Assembly: GCA_965213705.1 (NCBI GenBank)
Contig: OZ243913.1
Coordinates: forward strand, 736,001 to 800,000
DNA: 64,000 nucleotides
DNA from: Trueperaceae bacterium
GTDB lineage: Bacteria; Deinococcota; Deinococci; Deinococcales; Trueperaceae
Reading direction: 5' to 3'
The notes beneath the pieces were generated by a model. That model was not told where the DNA came from and did no database searches. It saw only the letters and a program-made list of their open reading frames with translations. The position numbers were made by a program, and so were the translations under genes. Positions 1 to 10,067 of this stretch are shown one piece after another (positions within the stretch are counted from its first letter, which is position 1; every line of letters starts with the position of its first letter).

Positions 1-314
1 GGTGCGGGGCCGGTGTCGGTCCAGGCCTCGACGCTGTCCAGGGTCATCAGCGCCGTTACTTCCATGTCTTGCGAGCAGGTGAGCTGGCAGGACAGCCGGG
101 CCTGGCCGAGCAGGTCTTTTTCCTTGAGTTTGTCGTACTCGGCCCGCGTCATCTCCTCGGGTTCGCCGGACACGAACGTCACCCGGCAGGTCGTACACCG
201 GCCAATCCCGCCGCAGCGGTGCCCGACCTGAACGCCCAGTTCTTCGATGGCGAGGACGAGGCGTTTGTCGGAATCGTATTCGGCGGAGTTTCCGTCAATG
301 GTTAACTTCGGCAT
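1..314 (-). CDS. 2Fe-2S ferredoxin-like protein (3' end runs off the window)
   Basis: Not in ORF track; hand translation from ATG at 314 (GGAGG RBS upstream): MPKLTIDG...HRCGGIGRCTTCRV...ARLSCQL, i.e. C-x5-C-x2-C...RLSC. Confidence 0.85.
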   Translation of the reverse strand, partial: MPKLTIDGNSAEYDSDKRLVLAIEELGVQVGHRCGGIGRCTTCRVTFVSGEPEEMTRAEYDKLKEKDLLGQARLSCQLTCSQDMEVTALMTLDSVEAWTDTGPA

Positions 315-401
315 GTTGCCTCCTTGGTGTAGCCTAACCTAACCGTCCAGGCGGGGCGTCCATGTGGCTCTATCTCGCACTCAACTTTGAACGCTCGCCT
401 A

Positions 402-1448
402 TTACCAACCTCGTTGCTGCGTTTCTTGTTGAAGTTTTTCGAACGCTTGCTTGTCCTCGCCCTTAAACGTTCGCAAACCCAAAGTTGCTAAGTAAGCCCT
501 GAACTTTTCGTCGTGCAAGCCGTAGTAGTCAACCAGTTCGTCGACAATACCGGGTGGCAGGTCGTGCAGCCACAGGAGGCTTACCACCTTGACCTGCTCG
601 GCGTGCTCGTCCCAGGCGCTGAACAGCTCGTGTACAAAGGCCGCCTGCGCGGCCTCCGAGCTGCCCAGCAGGGAACTTGAGGGATAGCCCGCCTCGAGAA
701 TATAAAGCGGCTTGTCGGGAAACAACGCGGCCAACCTGTCGAAGTCTTCATGAACGACCGCCGGGTCTTTGGCCGTGAAATCGTCGCGCAGAGGGTAATA
801 GGTCAGCATGACCGCGTCGCTGGCTCGAAGAAGAGGGCTGCTGAGGGCTCGAGCCTCGCCTGTAAGCCCTCCAAAACCCAGCTTGCTGCCCACCACCAGA
901 CCGGGGCGTTTGTTGCGAGCATAGGTGGAGACTTTTTCGAAAAAGTGGTCGTACTGTCGCCAGCGCTGCCGGTTCATGCCGAGGTAGCCGTCGATTTCGT
1001 TGCCGATGGCGAGGCTTGAAAGCTCTAAGTCGGGTATTTGCGCGAACACGTAGTCGAGCAGCCGTTCGAACCGCGCGATGACTTCCGGGTCGTCGAACGC
1101 TTTGTTTTTCAAGTCGGCGGGAAGCCGTAAGGTGTTGGTGTCGATGGGGCCAATCATGAGCGAAACCGTTGTGCCTTGCGCCGGAAAGAAGTCGTTGGCA
1201 ATCCCCAACCAGTCGGGGTCGGTGCCGTACCGACCCGGCGAAGGCTCCAGGTCGTCCCATTGTAGGGAGAGGCTGGTCACCTGCATCCCAACTGACCTCG
1301 CCAGGACAAACGCAGCGTCGTAGTCGTCGTCGGCCGCGGTCGTAACCTCGAGGGACAAAAGGCGGTCCTGTTCGGGCAGGGCGGTCTGCGCCGTGCAGCC
1401 TGGGCAGGCCAGCAGCAGCGTGAGCACGACCGTCCTAAGTGGGTTCAT
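402..1448 (-). CDS. Secreted/lipoprotein glycoside hydrolase-like TIM-barrel protein (clan GH-A-like)
   Basis: Signal peptide MNPLRTVVLTLLLACPGC; acid/base IGNEID and nucleophile ILEAGYPS motifs. Confidence 0.65.
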   Translation of the reverse strand: MNPLRTVVLTLLLACPGCTAQTALPEQDRLLSLEVTTAADDDYDAAFVLARSVGMQVTSLSLQWDDLEPSPGRYGTDPDWLGIANDFFPAQGTTVSLMIGPIDTNTLRLPADLKNKAFDDPEVIARFERLLDYVFAQIPDLELSSLAIGNEIDGYLGMNRQRWRQYDHFFEKVSTYARNKRPGLVVGSKLGFGGLTGEARALSSPLLRASDAVMLTYYPLRDDFTAKDPAVVHEDFDRLAALFPDKPLYILEAGYPSSSLLGSSEAAQAAFVHELFSAWDEHAEQVKVVSLLWLHDLPPGIVDELVDYYGLHDEKFRAYLATLGLRTFKGEDKQAFEKLQQETQQRGW

Positions 1449-1500
1449 GAGCCACACTGTGGGTCTGAAAGCGTCGGCTGGTTTTTCAAGGAGTCACGGT

Positions 1501-3327
1501 TTAGGGACGGACGGCGCTCAATGGGTAGAGCGCCTTGTAGACCTCAAAATTTTCGCTCACCCGTTGCAGGTACTCGCGGGTCTCGAGGGCGTCAATTTCG
1601 CGGTACAGTTCGTCCTTGTTCGCGGCGACGAGAGAACTCTCGTACAAACGTTTGATGTAACCCTGGCCGCGGTTGTACGACGCGATGACGAGTTCGGGGT
1701 CGCCGTCTAGATAGTTCAGCAGCCACCTGAGGTAAAAACTGCCGTAGCGCACGTTCGTCGCCACGTCGAAGGGTTCGCCCGGTGTTTCGCGCTGCAGCTC
1801 GGCGAGCCAGTCCCAGGTCGAGGGGATGACCTGCATCAGTCCTTGGGCGTTCGAACTCGACAGGGCCTTGGGGAAAAAGGCCGACTCTTGCCGCATAATC
1901 GCCCAGACGAGGGCGGGCTCCAAGCCGTTGCGAAGCGCCTCGTCGCTCACGGCTTCAGGATAGGCCCGCGGGTAAGCGAGTTCCCAGACGCGGCGGTCGT
2001 CGACCCCGGCTTTGAGCAGGTCGACCCCCGCGCGCTGGCTCTGCCGAAACTCGCCCAGCAGTTGCAAACTCTCCGCCAGCGCCACACGTGTGGGCACGTC
2101 GACCGCGTCCCGCAACGCGAACAGCAGTTCGCCCTGCGCCCCGTCCAAGTCGTTGATGCGGGCGAGGGCGTTGGCAACGTCTGCGGCGGGCGGGGTCACG
2201 CGTTCCAGCACGGAGACCCCCGGTACCTGAAGTGTTTTGCCGAGCTTGAGCCCAAAGAAGCTGCCCACCGGCACGAGAGTTCCAGCTTCTTCAGCCAGGT
2301 CGGCCTTGCTCAGCCTGTCGGCCAGCACGTAGGCGCGGTAAGCGGCGTCGTCGGCGTAGACGGAGTCGCTTTTTGCCAGGTTCAGGTACACGTCCAGCGC
2401 GTCCCGGTAGCGGTCCACGGCCTCTAAGTAGCCGGTCGCCAGCCACAGGTTAGCGGGTTCACCGGTTCGTGCGAGCAGCGCCACCGCAAGGTCGGTGTCG
2501 CCCCGCTGCCGCGCGACGAGTGCCCGTCCCTTGAGCGCCGAGGTGCCGGGCAGGTCCGCAAACAGCGCCTCGGCCGCGCTCAGGTTGCCGAGGTAGTAGT
2601 TCATCCACGCCTCGCCGTAGCGGGCGTCTTCGTCGCCGGGTTGCTCAACCAGCCAGCGGCGGTAGGCGTCTAGGGCCTGCTCGTAGTCCCCCAGCGCCCG
2701 GTAAGCGGGCGCTTCGACGGACGGCGCGGTGAGGTTGCCCAGCGCCGCGAGCGCGTCCCGCCAACGCCGCGCCTTCAAAAAGGTGTTGGCGAGGCTGTAG
2801 GGGTCGGTTTGCAGGCGTTTGACACCGGCCGTCGCCACGGGGTCGGGCAGCGCGGCGGCGTAGGTTTCAAGCGCTTCGGCGTCCAAACCGGCGGCCTCGG
2901 CCGTGCCGGCGTACTCGAGCAGCAGCGCGCGTTTATCAAGCTTGTCGAGCGGGTCGTCGACGCGCAACGCGAACACGCGGCGGTAGTAGTGGGTTCGGGT
3001 AGCGGGCTCGAGCGTGACGTCTCGCGCCAGGCTGAGCGCCGCGCGGTAGGACGCGTAGCTGCCTTGTTGCGCGAGCGCTTCCAAACTCTCGGTGTCACCT
3101 TGCAGCAGCGCGTCGCGGTAGCTTTTGTAGTCGACCAGCAGCGGGTCGTCGTAGGGGTCGAGGGCCGCCAGGCGCAGCTCGAGGGGCGTCTGCGGGCGCG
3201 TCACCATAACCGTCAGCGCGGCGAGCAGGGCGAGGACGGCCGACGCTGCCAACACCCGCTGTTTGACCGACCCGGACTTAAAGACTGCGAACTTAAAGCC
3301 TGCGAACCTCCAACGCAAAAACCTCAT
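1501..3327 (-). CDS. Lytic transglycosylase (SLT domain) with TPR-like helical repeats
   Basis: C-terminal AIMRQES, AQGLMQ, ASYNRG, ETREY motifs; N-terminal TM segment. Confidence 0.9.
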   Translation of the reverse strand: MRFLRWRFAGFKFAVFKSGSVKQRVLAASAVLALLAALTVMVTRPQTPLELRLAALDPYDDPLLVDYKSYRDALLQGDTESLEALAQQGSYASYRAALSLARDVTLEPATRTHYYRRVFALRVDDPLDKLDKRALLLEYAGTAEAAGLDAEALETYAAALPDPVATAGVKRLQTDPYSLANTFLKARRWRDALAALGNLTAPSVEAPAYRALGDYEQALDAYRRWLVEQPGDEDARYGEAWMNYYLGNLSAAEALFADLPGTSALKGRALVARQRGDTDLAVALLARTGEPANLWLATGYLEAVDRYRDALDVYLNLAKSDSVYADDAAYRAYVLADRLSKADLAEEAGTLVPVGSFFGLKLGKTLQVPGVSVLERVTPPAADVANALARINDLDGAQGELLFALRDAVDVPTRVALAESLQLLGEFRQSQRAGVDLLKAGVDDRRVWELAYPRAYPEAVSDEALRNGLEPALVWAIMRQESAFFPKALSSSNAQGLMQVIPSTWDWLAELQRETPGEPFDVATNVRYGSFYLRWLLNYLDGDPELVIASYNRGQGYIKRLYESSLVAANKDELYREIDALETREYLQRVSENFEVYKALYPLSAVRP

Positions 3328-3484
3328 AAACTAGAGTGTAAAACGTGCGCGCGCGTCTTTGCTGAGAGAAACCAAGCATGAAGGTCGGAACGAACGGGCG
3401 CTTCGGTTGCCGAGACGGAACTTTTCCACCTTACGACGCACCCGGCCGATATGGGCTACACTGACGCTCAAATCTAGGTTCTGA

Positions 3485-3507
3485 CTTGCCTCCCGACGGG
3501 AGGCAAG
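3485..3507 (+). promoter_or_regulatory. Perfect 10-bp hairpin in the gfh1 5' leader
   Basis: CTTGCCTCCC-GAC-GGGAGGCAAG between a -10-like TACACT (3457-3462) and the GAGGAGG RBS. Confidence 0.5.
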
Positions 3508-3544
3508 ATGTTTAAGTGCAAAATTCAGCCGAGGAGGTCTGGCG

Positions 3545-4015
3545 ATGGCGAGACAGGTACGTTTGACGCAAGAAGGGTATGACAGGCTCAAAACGACGTT
3601 GGAAAACGAGCAGGAGCGTTTGGAAGAAGCGACCCGCATTCTGCGCGAGCTGACGGGTTCAAGCGACGACTACGACGACTCGGGCTTGGAAGAAGCCAAG
3701 CGTGAAAAAGCGCGTATCGAGGCGCGCATCGACAACATGGACGACCAACTCGCTCGAGCCGAAATCATCCAAGCGCACGAGCGCGACAAGGTCGACCTGG
3801 GCTCGGTCGTGACGCTGCAAGACGCGAGTTCGAAAGAGGCGTTTGACGTGCAGGTCGTCTCGCCCATCGAGGCGAGCGTGCTCGACAGCGACATCCCCAA
3901 AGTCTCCGACGAGTCCCCGCTCGGCAAAGGGTTGATGGGCAAAAAACCGGGCCAGACCTTCACGGTCGTCATCAACGACAAAAAGACCGAGTACACGCTG
4001 GTGTCGATAAGCTGA
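3545..4015 (+). CDS. gfh1: Gre-family transcription factor Gfh1 (RNA polymerase secondary-channel inhibitor)
   Basis: GreA fold with tip motif SSDDYDDSGLE (Thermus Gfh1 type) rather than GDLSENAEY. Confidence 0.85.
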   Translation: MARQVRLTQEGYDRLKTTLENEQERLEEATRILRELTGSSDDYDDSGLEEAKREKARIEARIDNMDDQLARAEIIQAHERDKVDLGSVVTLQDASSKEAFDVQVVSPIEASVLDSDIPKVSDESPLGKGLMGKKPGQTFTVVINDKKTEYTLVSIS

Positions 4016-4018
4016 AGC

Positions 4019-4057
4019 AAAAGTACCGAGGACCGAGTAGAAAGTGAAAAGTAAAAG
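4019..4057 (+). repeat. AGTACCG heptamer repeat family, copy 1
   Basis: AAAAGTACCGAGGACCGAGTAGAAAGTGAAAAGTAAAAG just after gfh1 stop. Confidence 0.75.
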
Positions 4058-4105
4058 TCCAAAGCGCTGCTCGTGTCCAACGCAAGCAGTGCTAGATTGT
4101 TCTTT

Positions 4106-5590
4106 ATGTCTTTAGAAGAGCAGCGTCAACAACGCCTTAGGAATTTGGAAAGCTTGGTCGAGCGCGGTTTCGAGCCGTATCCGTACAGCTACGAGGCGAC
4201 GCATAGAGCAGCCGATTTGCAAGAGCGCTACGGCGGCGGCGAACCCGGCAGCGAGTTTGACGAGGTGGTCAAACTCGCCGGCCGCGTCGTGTTGTTGCGG
4301 ATGATGGGCAAGGCGAGTTTTGCGACGCTACAGGACGGTAGCGGGCAACTCCAAGCCTACTTTCAAAAGGACGCGCTCGAGAGTTACAACGCGCTGAAAA
4401 AAATCGACCTGGGCGACTGGTTGGAGGTGTCGGGGCCGCTCTTCGCCACCAAAACCGGCGAACTCACCGTGCGGGTCGAGGGATTTCGCCCGCTGGTCAA
4501 GTCCTTGCGCCCGCTGCCCGACAAGTACCACGGCTTGGCCGACAAAGAGCAGCGCTACCGCCAGCGCTATCTCGACCTCATGGTCAACCCGGAGGTGCGG
4601 CGGGCTTTCACGCTGCGTTCAAAAGCCGTTTCGTACATCCGCCGCTACCTGGACGACCTGGGCTTTCTGGAGGTCGAGACGCCCGTCCTGCAGAGCGTCC
4701 CCGGCGGCGCGGAGGCGCGGCCGTTCGTGACGCACCACAACGCGCTCGAGCACGACTTTCACTTGCGCATCTCGCTGGAACTCTACTTAAAACGTTTAAT
4801 CGTCGGCGGTTTCGACGCGGTGTATGAAATCGGTCGGAACTTTCGCAACGAGGGGATTTCGTACAAGCACAACCCTGAATACACGATGCTCGAGCTGTAC
4901 TGGGCGGGCAAGGACTACTTGGACATTTTAGAGCTGGTCGAGACGATGTACTGCTCTCTGGTCGAAAAACTGACCGGCTCCACGACCCTGTCTTACCAGG
5001 GAAAACAGCTCGACTTCAGCACGCCGTGGGCGCGTGTGGACTACACGGGCGAGTTGCAACGCCGCGCCGGGTTGAGTTTCGACATCACGGACGAGGCCAA
5101 GCTGCGCGCCTGGGTCGCCGAGCACCACGCGCCCAAAAACGGCGATTCAGCGGACACGCCGCTCGCCGAGGCACCCGTCGGGCAGGTTTTCAACAAGCTC
5201 TACGACATCTACCTCGAGCCCCACCTCGTCCAGCCGACCTTCGTGATGGACCACCCGCAAGCGATAAGCCCGCTCGCCAAAAAGCATCGCAGCCGCGCGG
5301 GACTGGTCGAGCGCTTCGAGCCGGTCTGCGTGGGGATGGAACTCGGCAACGCGTTTTCCGAACTCAATGACCCGCTCGACCAACGGGCGCGTTTCGAGCT
5401 GCAACAGAGTTTGCGCGAAATGGGCGACGAGGAACAACCCGACATCGACGAGGACTTTCTGACCGCCCTGGAATACGGGATGCCCCCCACCGGCGGACTG
5501 GGACTGGGCATCGACCGCTTGGCGATGCTGCTGGCTGACGTGCCGAGTATTCGGGACGTGATTTTGTTTCCCTTGCTCAAGCCGGAGTAG
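4106..5590 (+). CDS. lysS: Lysine--tRNA ligase (class II)
   Basis: OB fold, YRQRYLDL, FRNEG, ELGNAFSELNDP, YGMPPTGGLGLGIDRL; ATG 7 nt after TAGATT. Confidence 0.97.
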   Translation: MSLEEQRQQRLRNLESLVERGFEPYPYSYEATHRAADLQERYGGGEPGSEFDEVVKLAGRVVLLRMMGKASFATLQDGSGQLQAYFQKDALESYNALKKIDLGDWLEVSGPLFATKTGELTVRVEGFRPLVKSLRPLPDKYHGLADKEQRYRQRYLDLMVNPEVRRAFTLRSKAVSYIRRYLDDLGFLEVETPVLQSVPGGAEARPFVTHHNALEHDFHLRISLELYLKRLIVGGFDAVYEIGRNFRNEGISYKHNPEYTMLELYWAGKDYLDILELVETMYCSLVEKLTGSTTLSYQGKQLDFSTPWARVDYTGELQRRAGLSFDITDEAKLRAWVAEHHAPKNGDSADTPLAEAPVGQVFNKLYDIYLEPHLVQPTFVMDHPQAISPLAKKHRSRAGLVERFEPVCVGMELGNAFSELNDPLDQRARFELQQSLREMGDEEQPDIDEDFLTALEYGMPPTGGLGLGIDRLAMLLADVPSIRDVILFPLLKPE

Positions 5591-5635
5591 GGCGTCAGGG
5601 TTGGAGCGGACAGGGCGGAACAACCGGCTTTTCTC

Positions 5636-6766
5636 TTACGGCCCTACGGTGAGCAGCGAGGTGAGCAGGGCGAGCCGGTCTAAGGTTTCGTCAATGCGGA
5701 CGTGTTCGAAGCGCGCGTGCGGGCCTGCGCCTGCCGAGCCCAGCCCGTCCAGCGTGGCTACACCCAGGGCCGAGGTAAAGTTGCCGTCCGAGCCGCCGCC
5801 GACGACGGCTCCGTCCAGCGCCAAACCCAGCCTTGCCATCACACCTTGAGCTTCTTTGAACAGGGTTTGGTTCGCCTCGGTAAACTCCAAAGGTGGACGG
5901 TTGAGGCCGCCGGCAAGGGTGACGGTTACCTTCTCGTCTTGCGGAACGTAACCCCGCAGCGCCGCCTCGACCCGCTCGGCCTCACCCGGTTTGAGCACGC
6001 GCATGTCGAGGGTGCAGCTCGCGGACTCGGCGATGACGTTGCTCACGCTGCCGCCTTGGGCCACCGTGACGTTGACGGTTGTACCCTGCTCATAGTCGGT
6101 GAGGTTTTCGGCGAACGGCAAAAAGTGCGCCAGTTCGCGCAGCGCCGAAGCGCCGTCTTTGGGGTTGTTGCCCGCGTGGGCGCTGACGCCCGAAAAATGC
6201 ACCGTAAAGTCGCCCGTGCCCTTGCGCCCCGTCTTCAGCGCGCCGTCCTCGCGGCCCGGCTCGAGCACGAACACGCGTGTGTGCTCACGCGCCAAGCGTT
6301 CGATAATGTCGCGCGAGAACAAACTGCCCTTTTCCTCGTCCGAGGTGAGCAGCAGCGTGACCGGGCCGCGCAGGGTCAGGCCCTCTTGTTTGATAATCTT
6401 CAGGGCGTGTAACGCCGTCGCGACGCCCGCCTTCATGTCGAGGGTGCCGGGGCCGTAGAGCTTGCCGTCCTCTTCTTTCAGGGGCATTTGCACAAGCGTG
6501 CCGACCGGCCAGACCGTGTCGAAATGGCACAAGAGCAGGCTCGAGGTTTCTCCCGGCGCACCCAAGCGCGCGACGAGCTGGTCGCCCACCTGGTTTTGCG
6601 CGACGCGCTTGACCGACCAACCGTCGGCGTTCAAACGTGTTTCCAAATAGTCCGCCACGCGGTCGTTGGCGGCTTTGTCGAGGGTGGGGGACTCCAACTT
6701 GACGAGGTCCGTCAAGGTCTCCAAGTAGGCGTCCCGCGCGGCGTGGGCTGAGTCTTTTAAGGTCAT
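5636..6766 (-). CDS. M20 family metallopeptidase (carboxypeptidase G2-like)
   Basis: CHFDTV, GTLDMK, DEE, HAG, GGSDGN, H motifs. Confidence 0.9.
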   Translation of the reverse strand: MTLKDSAHAARDAYLETLTDLVKLESPTLDKAANDRVADYLETRLNADGWSVKRVAQNQVGDQLVARLGAPGETSSLLLCHFDTVWPVGTLVQMPLKEEDGKLYGPGTLDMKAGVATALHALKIIKQEGLTLRGPVTLLLTSDEEKGSLFSRDIIERLAREHTRVFVLEPGREDGALKTGRKGTGDFTVHFSGVSAHAGNNPKDGASALRELAHFLPFAENLTDYEQGTTVNVTVAQGGSVSNVIAESASCTLDMRVLKPGEAERVEAALRGYVPQDEKVTVTLAGGLNRPPLEFTEANQTLFKEAQGVMARLGLALDGAVVGGGSDGNFTSALGVATLDGLGSAGAGPHARFEHVRIDETLDRLALLTSLLTVGP

Positions 6767-6913
6767 GCCTCAATCGTAACGCGAAAAAGCCGCGGGACCT
6801 CCCGGTCGACACCCGAACCCACGCCCTCGCTTTCGAGTTTGCACGACTAGATTCCTGCTTTCAATGTGAGACAACTACCGGAATACCCAAAACTTTTTGT
6901 TTTAAAGTCGGGT

Positions 6914-7387
6914 ATGAAAAAATATCTGTTGGTTTGGGTCGTCGCCGGTCTCGGGTCGGCTTTCGCGCAGTCGCCCTCGCCCTTTGTCGACGTGTCACCT
7001 TGCCACTGGGCGACCGACGCCGTCCGCTCCATCGCCGGAGAGCCGCAAGTTTCGGAGCGACAGGCGTTGGGCAGCAACTACCTGGCCGAGAACTCGTTGC
7101 GGCAAGTTTTCGAGGGTTTGAAGTGCGGCGACCTCGCCTGGAGCGCGTACTTTATGGACGGTGTTCCGGCGGGCACCGCGCCGCAGGGAACCCTGCAAAA
7201 CTTCGCCCTGAGCGGCGTAAGTTCGAGCCTGTCCGGCAGCAGCGGAACGGTCGCGTTCACCGTCACCGCCACCGTCGACGGCCAGACTTACACCCGAGCG
7301 GGCACCGCCGCGCTGACTTACGCGGGCGACCACTGGCAGGTAAGCTACCCCGACTTGGCCGCCCTGGACTTACCGGTTTTGCCCTAA
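6914..7387 (+). CDS. Secreted protein with N-terminal SLH-like motif
   Basis: Signal peptide ending AFA, then FVDVSPCHWATDAV. Confidence 0.6.
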   Translation: MKKYLLVWVVAGLGSAFAQSPSPFVDVSPCHWATDAVRSIAGEPQVSERQALGSNYLAENSLRQVFEGLKCGDLAWSAYFMDGVPAGTAPQGTLQNFALSGVSSSLSGSSGTVAFTVTATVDGQTYTRAGTAALTYAGDHWQVSYPDLAALDLPVLP

Positions 7388-7870
7388 ACGCTTCTCGAGC
7401 GTGACGAACGTGGGCTCTTTGTAGCCCGCATGAGCGCCGTAAGCGTAAAAAACGTAACCGAGCGACCCGTACAGCGCTCGGTTACGTTTTTGGACGAGGC
7501 GCACCTGCAACCGTATTTTTTCGGCACCCAAGTCCAGGGTTTCGTCCTCTACCGCCGACAGCAGGGCTCTGGCTATCCCCCTACCCTGGTACTCGGGCAA
7601 CACGGCGAGGCGGCTCAAATAGACGTGGTCTTCTTTCGGTGCGTAAAAAACGCAACCGACGAGGGTTTCAGCTTCTGCGGCGACTAATTTTGCGGCGACT
7701 AAGGCGGTAGCGGTCTCAAGCTCGCGGTGCACCGCCGCGGGCGTTTTGTCGAGAGAGCTTGACGGGGGCTCGAGGATGTGCCTGTAAACCTCGAACGCCG
7801 CGGCGATAAGGCCCGCTACCGCAGGCACGTCGGCGTCGGTCGCTGCGCGCAGGCCGAACGGCGGCTTCAC
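7370..7870 (-). CDS. GNAT family N-acetyltransferase
   Basis: LAVLPEYQGRGIA motif A; NRALYGSLGY. Confidence 0.9.
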   Translation of the reverse strand: MKPPFGLRAATDADVPAVAGLIAAAFEVYRHILEPPSSSLDKTPAAVHRELETATALVAAKLVAAEAETLVGCVFYAPKEDHVYLSRLAVLPEYQGRGIARALLSAVEDETLDLGAEKIRLQVRLVQKRNRALYGSLGYVFYAYGAHAGYKEPTFVTLEKRLGQNR

Positions 7871-7877
7871 GCAAGCG

Positions 7878-8378
7878 TTACAGGCGGGCGAGAATACCGG
7901 CCGCCTCGGTTTCTAAGTCGGCGTCGACCATCACGTTGTAACGTTCGGCCTGCATCCCGCTCACCGAGGTGAAGTCGCGCCGCCCGCCCGTGAAAGCGTA
8001 GCTGACCAACCCGAAAACCGCCCCGATGACGGCTCCGACGACAAGCCCGTTTAAAGCGAGCGTGAGCGCGGCGACGCCCGGCTGAAAAAAGCTGAACAAA
8101 CCGAACACGAAACCGATGAACGCGCCCAGCAGCCCGCCGCTCAACGCCCCATTCAAAAGCGCGCGCCACCAGTTCAAGCGCCCCGTCACCTGCTCGACGA
8201 ACCTGATGCCTTCCGCGACGATGGCGCTGCGCTCGACCGGGAACTTTTCGTCGGAGAGTTTGTCGACGGCCCGTTGCGCCTCCGGATAGGTTGCGTAACT
8301 CGCAACGGTGACCCGCGGCTGCTGTGAACCCTCACCCAGCGTCGTCCGCGGAGTTGCCATTTGCCTGTTCATGTCCAT
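7878..8378 (-). CDS. General stress protein 17M-like membrane protein
   Basis: VASYATYPEAQRAVDKLSD...FPV N-domain, two glycine-rich TMs, RRDFTS; GGAG RBS. Confidence 0.75.
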   Translation of the reverse strand: MDMNRQMATPRTTLGEGSQQPRVTVASYATYPEAQRAVDKLSDEKFPVERSAIVAEGIRFVEQVTGRLNWWRALLNGALSGGLLGAFIGFVFGLFSFFQPGVAALTLALNGLVVGAVIGAVFGLVSYAFTGGRRDFTSVSGMQAERYNVMVDADLETEAAGILARL

Positions 8379-8579
8379 GTCGTTCTCCTTTTCTTTAGTC
8401 TTTCCTTATCTTTCCCCGTTTTTTCTTGGTCTTTCCTTGTCCGGGTTCAGGGTAGGGAAGGAACAAGCGCTTGTCTGTAGGGCAAAGTGGATTCCCCCGG
8501 GTCGTTGCCTTTTAAAGCGGCGGACACCGCTATTTGCTTTTGGTGACACGGGCTTATACTTGTTGCTCGGGGGACCTTC

Positions 8580-10067
8580 ATGACCTACTGGCAACGATTT
8601 TTTTTGACCCTGTACGCGCTTTTGTTTGCGCTCAGCGTGGTGCTCATCGACCCCTGGGGCGGCAACCGCGGTGAAATCTGGACCCAACCCAAGGTGACGG
8701 TTCTGTGGTACGTCACCCTGCTTCACCTCGGATTTTTGCTGCTGACGTTCGTGCGGCCGCCCGCCCCGGCGAACCCGCGCGACAGTTTGTCGCCGCAGTG
8801 GCGACGCGCGGCGTGGCTGTGGGGGCTTTTTCTAGCGGCCGGACTCGTCTCGGCGTTGTTCAGCCCGGCCGGGTTCGCCGGCGGTGTCCGGGCGCACTTA
8901 GAGATGGGCGACGGTTGGGCTTACTACGCGCTGCTGGCCGTGTTTTCACTCAGCAACGTGCTGGTGCTGCGCGTCCGGCCGGAGCTGTTCCGCGTCCAAC
9001 TTTACGGCGTGCTCGCGGCGGGTTTCGTGCTGGCGCTGGCGATGGTGCCGCAAGTTTTCGACTGGACGGTGGACTACACGGCCACCTCAGGGCAGGTGAG
9101 CACTCGCTATTCTGAAATGCTCGTCAGCACCATGTGGAAAGGCCAGATGCCCCTGGGCTTTTACACGAGCCGCGGTCACGCGGGCTTCGTCCTCGCCGCG
9201 ACCGCCGCGCTCGCCCTGGTGAGTTTGCTGCGCGGCTGGCTCAAGCCGGCTTATGCCTGGCCGCTTTTGTTCCTCGTTTCGTTCGCGCTGTGGTCGACCG
9301 CGACGCGGGGCGTGTACATCGCTTACGCCGCCGGGCTGCTTTATGTGGGCTGGCGCTTCGCGGGGCGCGGTTTGTCCTGGCGGCGGGCCACCCTGACGCT
9401 CGGCCTCAGTTTGCTCGGTTTTGCCGCCCTGGCGGGCCTGCGCGGCGCGGGCGTGCAACCGCACCGCAGCGTGCCGTCCCTGAGCAGTTTCGAGGTCGCC
9501 GAGTTGTCGCGCGCGGACGCCCAAACGCTCACCTCGGCGCGCTCGGAGCTGTGGCGTTCGGCCCTGGTGGGCATCGCCGAACGCCCGCTGTTCGGGTGGG
9601 GTTTCAACGGCTTCGGCATCGCTTGGCCCTACGTGGGCAACTGGCGAGAGGCGCGCAACCAGATGTACCTCTCACAAGAAGTACCGATTGCCGAAGTCGA
9701 GTCGGTCGGGCACTACTCGTTTAGCTACCTCGGCACCGACGAGCAGCTGCGCCAGGGGCGGGTGCGTACCAACAAGGCGCACAACATGGTTTTAGACATG
9801 GGGATTTCCTTAGGACTCGTGGGGCTGCTGCTCTACGTCGCCCTGTTCGGTTACGTGGCGTTTGTCGGCTTCAAGGGCCGGGGCTGGGGCTTAGAAGCCG
9901 TGGCCGTCGTCTACTTGGCTTACGGCCTCACCTGGTTCGAGTCGGCGCAGTACAGCCACTTGGCCTGGTGGGCGCTCAGCGCGGGTTTCGCGCTGGCGCT
10001 GCGCCCCCTTCGGCCGCCACCGACCGACACGGTCGTCGAGGAGCGGGTTGCAAGTTCGGTTTCGTAA
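8580..10067 (+). CDS. O-antigen ligase / Wzy_C family polytopic membrane protein
   Basis: Many TMs; TRG, RSELW...RPLFGWG and KAHN motifs. Confidence 0.85.
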   Translation: MTYWQRFFLTLYALLFALSVVLIDPWGGNRGEIWTQPKVTVLWYVTLLHLGFLLLTFVRPPAPANPRDSLSPQWRRAAWLWGLFLAAGLVSALFSPAGFAGGVRAHLEMGDGWAYYALLAVFSLSNVLVLRVRPELFRVQLYGVLAAGFVLALAMVPQVFDWTVDYTATSGQVSTRYSEMLVSTMWKGQMPLGFYTSRGHAGFVLAATAALALVSLLRGWLKPAYAWPLLFLVSFALWSTATRGVYIAYAAGLLYVGWRFAGRGLSWRRATLTLGLSLLGFAALAGLRGAGVQPHRSVPSLSSFEVAELSRADAQTLTSARSELWRSALVGIAERPLFGWGFNGFGIAWPYVGNWREARNQMYLSQEVPIAEVESVGHYSFSYLGTDEQLRQGRVRTNKAHNMVLDMGISLGLVGLLLYVALFGYVAFVGFKGRGWGLEAVAVVYLAYGLTWFESAQYSHLAWWALSAGFALALRPLRPPPTDTVVEERVASSVS

